DNA of 64,000 nucleotides from Squalus acanthias (lineage: Eukaryota): the NCBI GenBank assembly GCA_030390025.1, contig CM059438.1:64420001-64484000 (forward strand). Direction: 5' to 3'. The position numbers and the translations under genes are program-made. The notes beneath the pieces were generated by a model. The model was given only the letters and a program-made list of their open reading frames with translations, made no database searches and was not told the origin of the DNA. This document shows positions 47,189 to 60,879 of this stretch, piece after piece (position 1 is the stretch's first letter; every line of letters begins with the position of its first letter).

Positions 47189-47924
47189 ATGTCCCAATCT
47201 TTATTTTGCTCTCTGTAAAATGATTAAAAATTAAACGTTAATTAGTGCTTTTTACTTCCTGGTTTGCTGCCTGTCAGAATTCTTCAATCTGATTGGCTGC
47301 TCAGCCTGCTTGATGACGTCACTGTTCCAGAATGAAAATGACGTTGTAATAGGAGAAATCGTGGCCACAGAGCCCGCTAAATCTTTGTGGGCAGCTTTCT
47401 TCGAGGTCAGCGGCGAGCGCCGTCCCTTCACCGCTGACTGCAGAATCTGGGCCATTAGCTCCAAGTATTAGCTCAGTTCTTCCATGGCTCAGTTGGCAAG
47501 TTCACTGTTAGCTGCGGAGCTGATCCATGAGGCCAGGGACTGGTCTGCTCTGAGTTTGCTGGTCCCAGCCAGGTTGGCAATAAGGAGAAATAGTTAAGAA
47601 ATCCATTTTATATTAAATAATGACTTATATTCTGTACTATATTCCATTTTTAGATGATTTCTATAGTCTAAAAAAAAATTGAAAGTCTGCAAAAAAGGCT
47701 GACAATATATCTGGACAAGAGGTCACTGCAGCATCCTTTAAGGCCAGCTGGCACATGTTTACATTTAGATTCACTGTATTACCCCAACTGGAGACTTAGT
47801 TCTCTTTTTGTGCCTTGTTAACCCCAAACATTGCTGCTTTGTGTGCAACTCAGGGATCAGAATAATTACCAGGCTGAGGGACATCTTGATAGGAACTGGT
47901 ACCAAAGTGGGTAAATTACACAAA

Positions 47925-48300
47925 ATCAAATAGAGTTTATAGCGTAGAAACAGGCCATTCAGCCCCGCTGGTCTCTGCCAGTATTTATGCTCCACCAAAA
48001 CCTCCTCCGCCCTACTTCATCTAACCCTATCTGCATATCTTTCTATTTCTTTCTTCCTCATCCACTTATCTAGTTTCCCCTTAAAGACATCTATACCTTT
48101 ATTAGTGACTATCTTATATTCATGGCCCCTAGTTTTGAACTTCCCTACAAGTAGAAACATCCTCTCTACCACTATCCTATCAAACCCATTCATAATTTTA
48201 AAGACCTCTATCAGGTCACCCCTTAGCCATCTCTTTTTTTTTATATAGAAAAGGGCCCCAGCCTGTTCAGTCTTTCAGAGCCCCAGCCTGTTCAGTCTTT
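47925..48300 (-). mobile_element. Old CR1 3' fragment
   Basis: Same family as 6638-7000 and 19580-20110. Confidence 0.75.
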
Positions 48301-48593
48301 TGTAAAGGGCTATGGAATGCAGATGCCTATGGAGTCGTGCGGCTAGGAAAAGTATAAATGGTGTAAAATCGTAGCCATAGGTTGGGAGATGAAGAAGGGA
48401 AACATCTGGAGGTTTGAGCTGACACAACTGTAATGTGTGTCTTCTGAGGCAAAGCACCCTTTGTAATCTCGATGTTGGTCGTGAGTATATATGTAATATT
48501 TAACCTTTAATAAACCTTCAAGAGTTTTACCGCATGTTGAATTCATCTTTGGCATACAGGCACAGGACTGCAGCCTTTGTCTATATTATTACA
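48301..48593 (+). mobile_element. Possible short solo LTR
   Basis: TGTAA...TTACA termini, TATAAAT at 48353, AATAAA near 48508; no TSD seen. Confidence 0.45.
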
Positions 48594-49498
48594 AAACTCA
48601 CACTCCTTGCATTGTTACAATTGGCCTCAGTATCAATCGAGAGGCGAATAGTCAGCTAGGGTTCCCACTCCTGATGGCTGGCCCAATGACCTCTGCTGGA
48701 ATACACGGATTCAGACTAGAGCTTGGTTCTCATGCCTTCCTCTGAATAGCTTGTGACACTCACTGTGTGACAGCTCGCATGTGCAGAGTGGCCATTTTGG
48801 AGTGAGTTACCAGATGGCACAATGGCACTTAGTAAAACCATATCTAGTCATGATTCAGGAGAGCAGGGAAGGAAATGGGGCAAGAAAAAAATAGTTGACG
48901 GAAGTTATGCTTTATTTTCAAGGGAAAAGGCAGCAGCTGCATTGTACACTGAGCATCGATCAAAACAGACCGCTATGTGCAATGTACAAGCTCCCCCACA
49001 AGTAAACTTGACAGTGGTATGTGAGGGTAGAACTGATAAACTCCTCAATCAAACATCAAAAACGGATACCTCTACGGATCAATAAGTGCTCTGAATCATC
49101 TTGCCCTGTTCCCCGACCCAACTTAATCTCAGCGATTGAATCTAGTATTAGTCACTCGTCCTTAAAAATTCCCTTACTTTAATCTACTCTGGTGAGTTCC
49201 TATACTGTGCTCTCCAAGTTCAGAACCCTCTCCTTTAGTATCTCTTCACTCATCTATTAAACCTGCTTTCCTTGCATGTAAGTATCTCACAGCAAACACA
49301 CCTCATTAAGTAGGTCTAATGATAAAACACAGGGGGAACTTCAACGATTGTGTCTTATATTTGCCAGGTCTGCTCAATGGATAAATATTCTACCTGTCCG
49401 ATGTCTTCTTTATGTTTGAATCCTGCAGCCTTCATGCGAGAGATACACGGCCCTGTGAGAAATGTGGGTCTAAGGGTTGAAGCAATTTCTTGTTCTTA

Positions 49499-50244
49499 TG
49501 GCCCAAAAATTAGTGCCGCTGCGCGAGAGTACGCACTGTGTACTCTCGCGTATTCTGTCTCCAATTGCCGGTTTTCTGCATGCACTGCGCATGCGCTGAA
49601 AACCGGCACTTGGTGATTTCAAAAGGGGGCGGTTCCTAAGTGAACCGCATGCACGCTACAGGCTGCGCGCACGCAGTGCACTTCGTGCTTTGAACGCGCA
49701 GGTAAGCATGGAAGATTTTGCACATAAAGAAAGGAGGTGTAAGACCCTCTTTTAACAAGGTAAGTAGTTAATTAAGTATTATTTTGAATTTTTTTCAACA
49801 GGTATATCTTTTTTAGAGACTTTAAAGAAAGGTAAGTTTATTTTTATAACTTTTAAAAAGATTTTAAAAATTTTCAAAAATTTTATTTTTTGTTTAAAGT
49901 GGTTAATTTATTTAACTATACTTATTTTATTAATGTGATGGTTTTTAAAAAAAATTTAATTGAGGTTTAGCTGTTCTTTTGGGGGGGTATAGATTCATAG
50001 CTTTCACAGCCCTTGCTGTGAAAACTATGAATGAAAGATGGTGTGCTGCCATTGGCTCTAACTGAATCACATGATCCCACAGCTCGCACGAATTAACTGC
50101 GTCTGTGGGATACGCAAGCACTGCACAGCTGCAGTCTTGAAAGTAAAGTTCGTGTGAGCTTGGAATGAAAAGGCAGGCGCACAGTGAGATATCGCGGGGA
50201 AGCCTTACCCCCGCAGGAAGGCTCCGTCTTTAATTTCTGGGCCA
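49499..50244. mobile_element. PIF/Harbinger MITE
   Basis: TIR TGGCCCAAAAATTA / TAATTTCTGGGCCA; TSD TTA. Confidence 0.85.
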
Positions 50245-51096
50245 TTAAGTGAGTCATCACAGGTCAGTGCAGTGGCTGGCATTAAACTTCAAGAGCACGT
50301 CCTTGGCGATCGGTGTTGTAGACCTGTACAACCTGGTACAGGGTTGACAAAGTAAGGAAAGAACTTCTGAGGGGAAAAAGGAAAATCGGGATATTAGATG
50401 GTTTAAGGTAAGGAAAAGTAGCAGAAGTGATAACAAAAACTGCAGCTACGCAGGTGATTACAGTGATGAGCAGATACTAGGCACAGAAGGAAACCACATC
50501 ATAGAGGAAGAAGCACTTAGAAAATTAGAGTAGCGCGCTGAGGCAAAGATGCAGACTGAAAGGCAGAGGGAGATTGCAGGTGCAGGAACTCATTACTCAG
50601 GAGGGTGAATAGCCAGACGAGTGTAAGGATGACACCTAAAGAATGGTAGTCATTTACCTGGAACTAGAGAATTGCATATCGAGGAAAGTTTCGAAGGCCA
50701 CAAAAAGAGAGCCAGTATTGATAGTCCCAATCACACTAAAGGATATCAGGAGCAATCGTATTGGGGCCCTAAAAAGCACATAAGTAGGAATTGTGTCAAA
50801 ACTCAGATGAGGGTTGCAAATGTAATGTTCTCTGGTGTACTTCCAGCGATTGGCAAAGGAGGAGAGTTCTCTAAGGAAATTGAAATTGTAAGTAATTGGC
50901 TGGCAAACTGGTATGAGAACTATTTGGGAAGATTTTCATATGAGAGCTGGGCTGCACCAAAACCAAATTGGAACAGTAAGATTAGTGAGGAACATTGAGG
51001 CTATTGAGAATCATTTAAAGCAGATAGATGGAAGTGGAAAGGAAGGAAATTGGATCAACGAGTGGAAGGTAAACAGTTGTGAGCATGAACACACGA

Positions 51097-51251
51097 GGGG
51101 GGATTTTCCTGGGTTTGCGCCCGGGTGTCTGAATATTGGGAAATTGGACAAGTGGTAGTGCACATCCATGAAGGAACCCGTCTGATTTTCCGATATTCGC
51201 CGCACTCAGGCGATCTAGTGCGCCGGGGCACAGACCCAGGGGAATCTCGCC
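51097..51251. mobile_element. Very short MITE (about 155 bp)
   Basis: About 28-bp imperfect inverted ends GGATTTTCCTGGGTTTGCGCCC / GGGCACAGACCCAGGGGAATC. Confidence 0.6.
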
Positions 51252-51542
51252 AATTAACACGCAGTGTTAAATAGGAACTAGATATCAGAAAAGAGCAGAT
51301 ACTGGAGTCTAAAAAGGAGGCAAAGCTGCACTGAAGGGATATTTACTAGTCCTAGCCCCTTTAGGGCTACCCCGGATCAGGCGTATTCCTCAGACGTTCA
51401 CTTTCAACTAAAGTTTGAGGTAGCCGAATCCTAAAGACGCTTAATTGGCTCTAAAGTTCCGGGCAATCTCTCCCTAAAGGAAAGGAACAACCTGAGAATG
51501 TTACCATCCTCCAGATAGCACTTTTAATAAATTTAGCTAGAC

Positions 51543-52480
51543 TGTAACGTCCCGGATATTATTAGGATCCGGAAAACTACCTCAGAATTCTGTAACTCTA
51601 CACCAAAGAGTGTACAGCGATTGAGTTCGTGAGTTTTTGATACAGAAGACTTGTGAGACAATTCTAAAAATATATAGATTTATTAAAGAACTGACATGCA
51701 ATTTACAGTTGGTGAATCAGTCAATCGCAACTTTAACAATTCTAAAAAGAGAAAAAATACTATCTTTTTAACAGAGAATCTTTCTTTTAAATCTTAACTT
51801 CACTACAGTATTACAGTTCTTAAAGGTTTCTTATATAGGATAGTCATCAATATCAAATACCTTTGATCCCCGAGGTACAAAGAGTTGGAGACTACAGAGC
51901 CGCCTCTGAAGCCGAGAATCGCTTTGCCCAATTAAAGCGAGGCTAATATCCCATTTGAGAGTTCAATATTTATACCCTTTACCAGTGGTATCTCCTTTAA
52001 TGTTTTCTGCTGATGCAAGTTAATTATCCCTAGTCATTTTTCAGCCGACCTCTGCAATTCTTACTGCCACATCAGCTAGCAGCATTACAGAATCTTGTCT
52101 CATTTCTAGGTGTTCTAAGTTTACCATATAAAAACGGTGCGATGGCAGGTGTTCCTTATTTTATGTCATCTTTACGAGGACAATGTTCCTTATCTTATGT
52201 GCCATCTTTATGAAGTTTAAATTAGAACACCTTATCCAGGGTGAACCATTGTTTTGTTCCCAAAAGGTCAGCTTGTTGGAGCCATGCACCTTCTGTTTCA
52301 ATAAGGTTATTTATTCAGGGTCAACAACTGTCTTATCTCAACAGCCAGAATTCTTTCATAGCTATTTCATAGTTAGGTTTCTAAATTTCCAAACCCAGTT
52401 TGTCATGTTTTAATAAGGCCGTAATTCTTTCATAAGATAGTGTATTTTTCTGAATAGGTTATATGGCTTATTCCTTCACA
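51543..52480 (-). mobile_element. Probable solo LTR
   Basis: TGTAA...TCACA termini; minus-strand TATAAA near 51972 and AATAAA near 51681; TSD not matching (AGAC/GCAC). Confidence 0.5.
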
Positions 52481-52573
52481 GCACATATACATGAACTCTA
52501 AAAGCAATAGGAATAAAATGCCTGAACTGGAGGCTGTTGTATCAGTAGTGTTTACAACCTAAGGAGATACAGA

Positions 52574-52752
52574 GGGGTAAAATTCCTATGGGGATTCTCC
52601 TGGCCTCCCCACCCCAACTTCACCGGATCATCAATGGAAATCCCGGGGGAACAGTGTAAGCAGCGGTTTACGCCATTTCTCTGGGTTTCTGCCGAACTTC
52701 TGCCTAAGTTACAGCAAGACATCGGGAGAATCCCCAGCAAAAATCTCGCCCC
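52574..52752. mobile_element. Short MITE-like element
   Basis: GGGGTAAAATT...AAATCTCGCCCC with AGA on both sides. Confidence 0.45.
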
Positions 52753-53351
52753 AGAGCATTCGGCAAAGATAATGGGCCTGAAATTCCGATATTTTGGGGG
52801 GAAAGCTGAGGGGGAAGGAATTTGGGGCATAAATCAGATCTGCCAGAGTCTTACCTATTTTTAAAAACAACCAAAATCTGGTATAATTGGCTGCTGCCTT
52901 GATTTTTTTTTGTGGAAATAACATCGCAAGTGAGCAATGGAAATCACGACAACATGCATCTAGACTTCCAAAAAGTACTTGATAAAGTTCTGCATAAAAG
53001 GCTACAAGGTACGCTGAAAGCAGAATAGATCCCGTGTAAAACCTGGGAATGGAGAAGAAATTAGGTGAAGCATGGGAAACCATGGATACTGGTTGGAGGT
53101 GGCATGTCGGGGTGCGGGAAAGACATAAATCGAGTGCCATCAGGATTGCTATGGGGGCACCTACTATTTCCAGTTTACATGGATGACTTGGATCCAGAAA
53201 CTCAATACAAACAGTGTGTCAAACTGAACTGTGAGGTTGCGCAGGTTTAAACTTGTGAAAAGGCAAACTTAGGACTGATGACAAAAAGTCCTTCTTCACA
53301 CAAAAAACAATCACCATCTGTGATGGACTTCTAGGTAGTGGAGGTAAAAAC

Positions 53352-54477
53352 TCTTTACAATCTATATTAACGATTTGGAGGAAGGGACCAAGTGTAACAT
53401 ATCAAAATTTGCAGATGATACAAAGATGGGAGGGAAAGTAGTGAGTGAGGAGGACATAAAAAACCTGCAAGGGGACATAGACAGGCTAAGTAAGTGGGCA
53501 GAGATTTGGCAGATGGAATACAACACTGGAAAGTGTGAGGTGATGCACTTTGGCAGGAAAAATCCTAGAGCAATTTATTATCTTAATGGCAAGAAACTGG
53601 AGAGTACTGAAGTGCAAAGGGATCTGGGGGTCCTGGTGCACGAAACTCAAAAGGTTAGTATGCAGGTGCAGCAAGTGATTGAGAAGGCAAATGGAATGTT
53701 GGCTTTCATTGCTAGGGGGATAGAATATAAAAATAGGGAGGTATTGCTTCAGTTGTACAAGGTATTGGTGAGACCGCACCTGGAATACTGCATACAGTTT
53801 TGGTGTCCTTACTTAAGGAAAGACATCCTTGCTCTCGAGGCAGTGCAAAAAAGGTTCACTCGGTTAATCCCGGGGATGAGGGGGTGGTCATATGAGGAGA
53901 GGTTGGGTAGATTGGGACTCTACTCATTGGAGTTCAGAAGAATGAGAGGCGATCTTATTGAAACATATAAGATTGTGAAGGGGTTGGATCGGGTGGATGC
54001 GGGGAGGATGTTCCCGATGACGGGTGAGACTAGAACTAGGGGACATAGTCTTAGAATAAGGGGCTGCTCTTTCAAAACTGAGATGAGGAGGAACTACTTC
54101 ACTCAGAGGGTGGTAGGTCCATGGAATATGCTGCCACAAAAAGCTGTAGAAGCTACATCATTAAATAAATTTAAAACAGAAATAGACAGTTTCCTAGAAG
54201 TAAAGGGCATTAAGGGTTACGGGGAGCGGGCAGGAATTTGGACATGAGTCTAGGTTCGGATCCGGTCATGGCCCTGTGGGTAGTGAAGCGGGCCCAGGGA
54301 CCGTGTAGCCTGATTCTGCTCCTATTTCGTGTGTGCAATTCTGTTAGATGCAGGAGATGGTTCTGTGATAGATAGTAGATTGGCGGTTAGGATCAGATCA
54401 GCCATGATCTTATTGAATGGCGGAGCAGGCTCGAGGGGCCGATTGGCCTACTCCTGCTCCTATTTCTTATGTTCTTA
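53352..54477 (+). mobile_element. Young CR1 LINE, 5'-truncated, doubled 3' UTR (copy 3), inserted in an older CR1 (about 52900-54560)
   Basis: Open ORF 53375-54247 with KFADDTK; AAAC on both flanks; host CR1 resumes after the tail. Confidence 0.95.
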
Positions 54478-55999
54478 AACCTTGAAATAATCTAAGTAAC
54501 AATTAGATGCGATACTGCGTCTTTCTTGATCTAAGCTGAACGGTTGTCCTTAGCCACATTAGTGTGGTGAAGGTATTCTGTTTACTGTTTACATCGTGGT
54601 TTATGTCTTCATAATATGTTTATTTAAATTGCTTTGTACTTTTAAATTGCCATTTGTTTTTTATTGACCATCTCAATTCAGACATGTGCAGATGTCGCTC
54701 AGCAGGGATATTATGTGAACAGGAGGGACCAGGGTTGTGCAGATGGACAAAGCACATGCTCCATATTTTTCTTTGAAGAAACGGCCATATAAAGGTTCCA
54801 AATGGTGTAACTTTGGTTTTATAATTTTGCAAATGAACCGATTTGGACAACTACTGATTCTCTCAGTGAATTCGGCACTCATTCCTCACTTGCGCCCCTG
54901 CCCCCCCCCCCCCCCCCCACCCCCCGACCCCCCAAGAAATGGAAATATCAAATAGACATGAAGTAAAGAAAATAAATAGCAAGGTGAGATTTAAAAGAAA
55001 AGAGATTCGTGGGGACGAAATGAAGGATATAAAGAAGGATGAGGTAAAGGTCATGAAGTGAAACTCCACAGTGCTGAGCATTTTTGAGGTTTGCACCACT
55101 TCAAGCTTTTTGGCTCTGATTTATCCGTGGAATTGGGGTGAAATTGGATCATTCCAGCAGTCACACAACAGTTAAAGTTAGATGAAAGTCAGGTTGTGGT
55201 GAGAGGACTGATTTCTAAGCAGTTTTATACCCAGAAAAATAATTTTCCACTACAGACATTAACAGAATTGAAAATAGTGCCACACTCTCTGGATTTGGAT
55301 TTTTAAGTCGTCTCTGCTTCAATAGTGCTATTTAATCTTCTCACTCTGGATGCCAAGTTCCTTTTAACAGGAAAAACTCATATTTCAGTTCCACAGAAGA
55401 CCTTGAAGCTCATTGTGTTATGACATGCTGTGTATTGACGTATATTCTTTATTCAGTCAATTCAGATGCTGGAATAGCATTCAGTCACCTGCTTCAGTTT
55501 ATGTGAGACAACATTTTTTTCATGTGAATTTTGTGCTTTCAAGGAAAGGGCTGTTAGCTCTGAGAAATGGAACACTCTCCGATTTCAGACACCCCAGTGT
55601 CAGTGTCTATTCATTAACTGGGAATGCTTGAATAAAGCTCTCGCTACACCGGCCTCAGTCTCAGAACAACACCCTCTACTGCACTAGTGTGACATTCTTT
55701 ATTTTTCAACCCAGATACCCTGGGGCCTCTCTTGACCAAGATTACCAATTAGTGTCAAAGTTGGGGAAGGTTTTGGGGGGTCTTGCCCAGTGGGATCTGG
55801 GCCAAAACGATCCAAACTCATTTAATGTTGACACTTCACAGCCAACAACAGTGGGAATTTTTATCCAATCTTGATTGAATTTAGGCCCAAGTCCCAAAGG
55901 TGAAAGGTCATTTTGTAGGTCCTTTTCTTTGTTAAGTAGACTATCTTGTGGCCCTATCCTTGCAATACATGTTCCGTTTCTTCCTGTTTGAAATTCATC

Positions 56000-56795
56000 G
56001 GGCGCAATCTTGCCAGCCCTGGGTAGGCGGGTATGGAGGCAAGACTGCCGGGAAAATGGCAGAATTTGGGGGCGGGTGCTGTCCCATGCTGGATCCTGTC
56101 TCCTTGGAGGCGGGAAGGGGATTAGTGCCACTTGTCTACCTGTTAACAGGTAGTTAACAGGCAGATAAGAGGATTATCCCCATTTTGCCCACACAAGTGC
56201 AGGCTTCCCGAAGGCTCCGAACCCCGCCAGGGTCACCGAGGCGAGTAGTGGGTCTGCGGGGGTCGGAGGGGTGCAAAAGTGCGCTGTGAAGGTAAGTGAT
56301 GGGTGCAAGTGTGGAGAGGTGAGTATGTGAGGTAAGTGGAAAGTGTTAGAAAAAGTTTACTTACCTTTGTTTCTTCCTGCAGACTTCAAGAGTTGGGTAT
56401 GCGGAGAGTCGCGCACCTCCGCGACAGAGATGCCAGATGGCCGTTGCATTCTCCAATCCAACAACCATCTCATTTCTGCAAAAGAAAGAGGTTTGATGAG
56501 GTCTTGAATTCAAGAACTCATCAAACTACAGAGACTGTCAGTGTTTGACAGCTTCACAGAGCTGTCAAACGATGACAATTCATCTGTCAAAAATTTTTGA
56601 CAGATGAAACGTTATACGCTGACGTTCTCTGTAACCGGCTTTCCCTTAATTGGCCTGCTAAGCCTGCTGGGCGGGCTTAACAAGGTCAATCAATGGAAAA
56701 TAGCGTGGGTTGGCCAGAAGTTGATGGGGGCGGGACTGAGACCCGACAAGTGGGAGTCCCGCCTCCAAAAGCTCCCCATTGGCAAAATCCAGCTC
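56000..56795. mobile_element. PIF/Harbinger MITE, family B-like, inverted relative to 24570-25414
   Basis: Ends GGGCGCAATCTTGCC / GGCAAAATCCAGCTC; shares internal hairpins and the CTGCAGGAAGAAA..AAGGTAAGT block in reverse. Confidence 0.8.
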
Positions 56796-58159
56796 TTAGC
56801 TTTATTAAGCCAACCTTTGTGTTTTTTTATGGAAAATAAAGCGCATTTTATGGATCTGTTTTCTGAGAAAATTACACTTGCATCATCTCTTGCTTTGATA
56901 TGTCTTCACTTAATTCACTGTAATTGGTTTTATATCCTTGTTGACATTGAATCCATTGATCAGACATGAAGCTTTGAACTTCAGCTGTAAAACATTGAAG
57001 GCGAGGCTTTGGAGGAATTGAGGGTTTATCAGAATCTGCAGAAACTCATTTACATGTGGGAGAGGGATAAGGGGAAGCTGACAGCCTTCCCTGTTAGAGC
57101 AGGGGGAGGAACAAATTCTGGGTCACGCAGGAAGTAGCGTTCGGTCTCCAGTCTCATCCCCCTCCGATTTTCCTTTATTTTCCCTTTGTGTGGCGCAGTG
57201 GAGGAAAATCCAGCCTTAAGTCTCTTTTACAAAAGAGTACATGCCTGCAAGTCATTCATTTCAATAAATAAAGCAGCAAAGTTATTCCATTCTGTGCATA
57301 TCTATGACCCGATTTTTTATATTTTGCTTATCAAGTACAAACTGAAAGCCAGTTAATATAAAGCAGCAGCAAATGAGTATCAACTTGTCCATTTATCTTA
57401 CTGATAAACGATTAATTGACATTCAACTGCAACAAAACTGAACCCATTCCATCTGATGGGCCCAGTAGCTTAAACCCAGAATTTCAGCAGGCTCAAGTCA
57501 TTAGAGGTGAAACATAGCTGAAGTGCTTGAACCCACCTGTATTTATGGGTTGAGGTCATTAACATACCCTGATGTTCCCCTGGTCCAGGTTTACCCCTGG
57601 CAAAGCCTTGTCCCTAGATATGGAGGCAGAAATAAAGCTGCTGTTGTAGGTCTAAGTGTCTGCTGTCTTCGGGATCTTGTGGCTGTTGGCCACAACCAAC
57701 AGCCAGAAGGCCTGCAGAACTGAACATCGCTGGGCGGCTGAAAATGGTGGTTACTTATCTTTTTTGGCCTCCTTTGCCTTCTTGTCTGCTTCCCTCCGAT
57801 CCACTGATCTGAGGGGGACAAAGCACAAGGCCGACCTCCAACTTCTTCTGGTGCTCCTCAAAATGGGTGCTCTTCCAGAGAATCTGGAAGAAAATGAGGC
57901 CGATGTGCCAGAAACACTCGCTCCTGCCTCATTACCATGCCTGCTCTTTGCCTGCACCTGTCATAGGCGTAAAGGCATGCCTCTCGGGGAGAGTACGGGA
58001 ATAGGAGACCGTAAAGGGGGCAAAGACCCAGCGCCACAGGTTTCCATGCCCATTTCCTCTCCTTTGAACTTGGAAACTGAGCATTCCCCAGGTGCATTGG
58101 ACTAGAAAAAATTAGTTGCAGTCTTTTCATCGCTGGAACTGGGATTCAAACTCAGCTCA

Positions 58160-58312
58160 GACATCTCTAACTTTTTCCAGTTCTGAAGCAGGGTCCCAGA
58201 CCTGAAACGTTAACTCTGTTTCTCTCTCCACGGATGTTGCCTGACCTGCTGAGGGTTTCCAGCATTTTCTGTTGTTATTTCAGATTTCCAGCATCCGCAG
58301 TATTTTGCTATT
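58160..58312 (+). mobile_element. Penelope-type terminal fragment with hammerhead-like motif (58179-58215)
   Basis: AGTT-CTGAAGCA-GGGTC cca GACCT-GAAACGTT-AACT; homolog of 11630-11787. Confidence 0.7.
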
Positions 58313-59974
58313 GTGTAAATGAAAGCTCCTCTCTGCTGGCTGTTAGGGTGAAAAATGTAGTTAGTCTCAATCTAGTTCCCAGGTATTGTGAGCCCAAACT
58401 GTGCACAATTTGGCATTAATGTGCACTAAAGCGGCAGTCTTAGTCTGATAGGATAACTGTTGTGGGAAATGGAGAGCACATTACTGCACATTAGTGTGAC
58501 CCGATACATTTATATATCAATTGTCAAGCAAAATATAACTAGATCAGGCCACACGAGCATAGTAGAGCAATCTTTAGAGGGTGGCTTTAAGAAAGATTGT
58601 GGAAGAATCAGCAGAGCATTAATCTGTATCTAACCCATTCGGTACTTGATAAAATTATATTTCCAAGGAAGAAGAATAAACAAAAGTAATTTCATCTTCA
58701 GCAAAATTGTCAGTTGTAAACACTTAGATGAACAAATTTGATAGCAATCAGGGAATTGTTCAAACACTGACTCATGCCTCCATGCTGGTGATTGCTAAAG
58801 AAGTCCCCATTCGCCAGTGGTTGTTACTTGCGGCTTGTGAAGACTGTCAGCTGTGAGAGTACAACCTTCTTGTATGGAAAGCTTAATGACATTTTCCATT
58901 TAATGATTTTGCTTTCGTACTTTCAATATGCAAAAATCCGTGTGTACAATTTAATTCTCTGCATATTGATTGTAATTAGATTCCTGCACTTCATTATTTT
59001 CCATTTCTACCTGATTCACCCATGCAATCAGTTTTACTTTGTTTGACTTCATACCATTTCTTATTGGGACAGACGTAAATCTTTCCGTTAAATAACAAAA
59101 TGGGAAAAAGTTGCTCAGTGAATTGGATCTGTATTATATGGAGATGCACTGTGCTCTGTACTATGCTAAATTTAAAACAAATATCAATTCCACAACAGAT
59201 CAAATGGTAAATGGACCATCCAAGGAGCCATGTTGATCAAAAGGATCGTAGGTTTGATCTCCGGGCTGTGCTGAGATATCTCAGCCGGGGCAGCAGTCTG
59301 GGCCATGCAACTGACTACAATATATATGAGCGAAACCAGGGTTCTTACTCAAGATTTTAATCCAACAACCCTGATGGAACGTGTGTAGACTGTGACACTT
59401 CAGGCTTTTTCCGGCACACTTTTTTGTTTCCTCATGCAAAAGACTTGCCGATAGTTTCTGTAAGCAGGCATGCCTCTAATAAACTGAAGCACGCATCTTT
59501 TACTCTCTGCCATATTGAGTTGGCAGAGTCCGTGTCTGATAATTAACCCAGGTCATAAATTGCTTACTAAAGAAAGACTTGCATTTATTTAGCACCGTTC
59601 ACTATGCAGCATATGGGATGGCACTAGGCTTCTTTCCATCTAGATGGTGGAAATATCAAAATGTTGGACCATTTTGTTTAGGCTACAGTATGAGTCAGAT
59701 TTATAATTAAAATTATTCCTAGAAGCAAAAATATAAATAAAATACCATATGACGCAAGTGGTAATTTACAATATATACAACTAAGATTACTGTTTTCCTA
59801 GCTCCTTTTGGCTCCTCTTGAATAGATGCAGTTCCTGGTGGTAATAAGGAAGCATCTTACTCATAGAATTCAGTCCGCCTCCGATTGTGTATTGGCAAGG
59901 GGAACAGAACTGCTGAACATGAGAAGCTTGTTGTGTTTTAAAGATTCTTTGCCTTTTCAAGGCAAAGTGAATTA

Positions 59975-60424
59975 TAGGATTTTCAACAGGTGCGGTGGGG
60001 GCTGCCTTGGATGGGTCAACAGATGGCTGGAGTGTTTCTGTGTGCCTGGAAGGTGCACTCCTGCTCTCCCGGCCCCACCAAAATTTAAAAAATAACTTTC
60101 TTGAACCGTTTTCTGAGCGGGTCTCTTTAAGGAGCGCTCGTTAGGCCACTCAGCACCTGGTCCAAATAAGCAGAGTTTGCACAGTGCACGCTCCACCCAT
60201 TTGGACCTGGAATTTGCAATCCAGCTCCTATGTATGTCATAGGACACCGCTTTGCATATTACAAGTGGCCTCCTGCCTGAAACAGTCAGGCCCTCCAGCC
60301 GCCCATCTCAGGACCCTTCCCAAGATGACGGAGGCCTGAGTGCCAGCGTAAACAGGGCGGTAAGTGACCCAATGCGATTTTCCGACCACTTGTTATGCCA
60401 GGCCGAGCGAGTTCAAATCGGCCC
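59975..60424. mobile_element. Degenerate MITE-like element
   Basis: GGATTTTCAAC start and GTTCAAATCGGCCC end. Confidence 0.35.
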
Positions 60425-60879
60425 TACAAAATGTTCAACAAACTGTATCTGACTTTAAAAGAGATGTTGACGAACCTCTTTAAGATGTAATGTTTGTTAA
60501 AATTTTGAAATGCCCAAAAGGTGAAATAATTGCTCTGGTCACTGTTTGTCGTGACATTGTAAATAATACATTCTTCACATTTGGAAGGTGTTTACGATTT
60601 CATTATAAAACACCAACCAGAAGAAATCCATGTGAATGCCTTTATGATGTTGCTACATCTTTCTGGCCAGTATTAGCTGTTTATTAAATAATGAAAAACT
60701 GGAAGTCCATTACCAACCAAAATTGAGTTGTCATTGTCGAGTGCTCCGCAGCCTCACTGGTTGCTTGACAGAGGACTATGAACTGAGAGACTATTATACT
60801 GTGGTGATGGAAGAAAGATGGAGTTTGTTTTGTAAGTGGGGAAAAAAGGATATTCGACACATGGTATATGTCTCATCAG

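Larger units (their letters stand above)
44180..47454. mobile_element. Harbinger-type MITE (44180-44540 and 47020-47454) hosting nested insertions
   Basis: TIRs TGGCCAGGAATTTGC / GCAGAATCTGGGCCA; flanks TAA/TTA. Confidence 0.65.

Noticed and set aside
51240..51256. Minus-strand TGGCGAG as a possible PBS
   Set aside because: It is the right inverted end of the short MITE at 51097-51251
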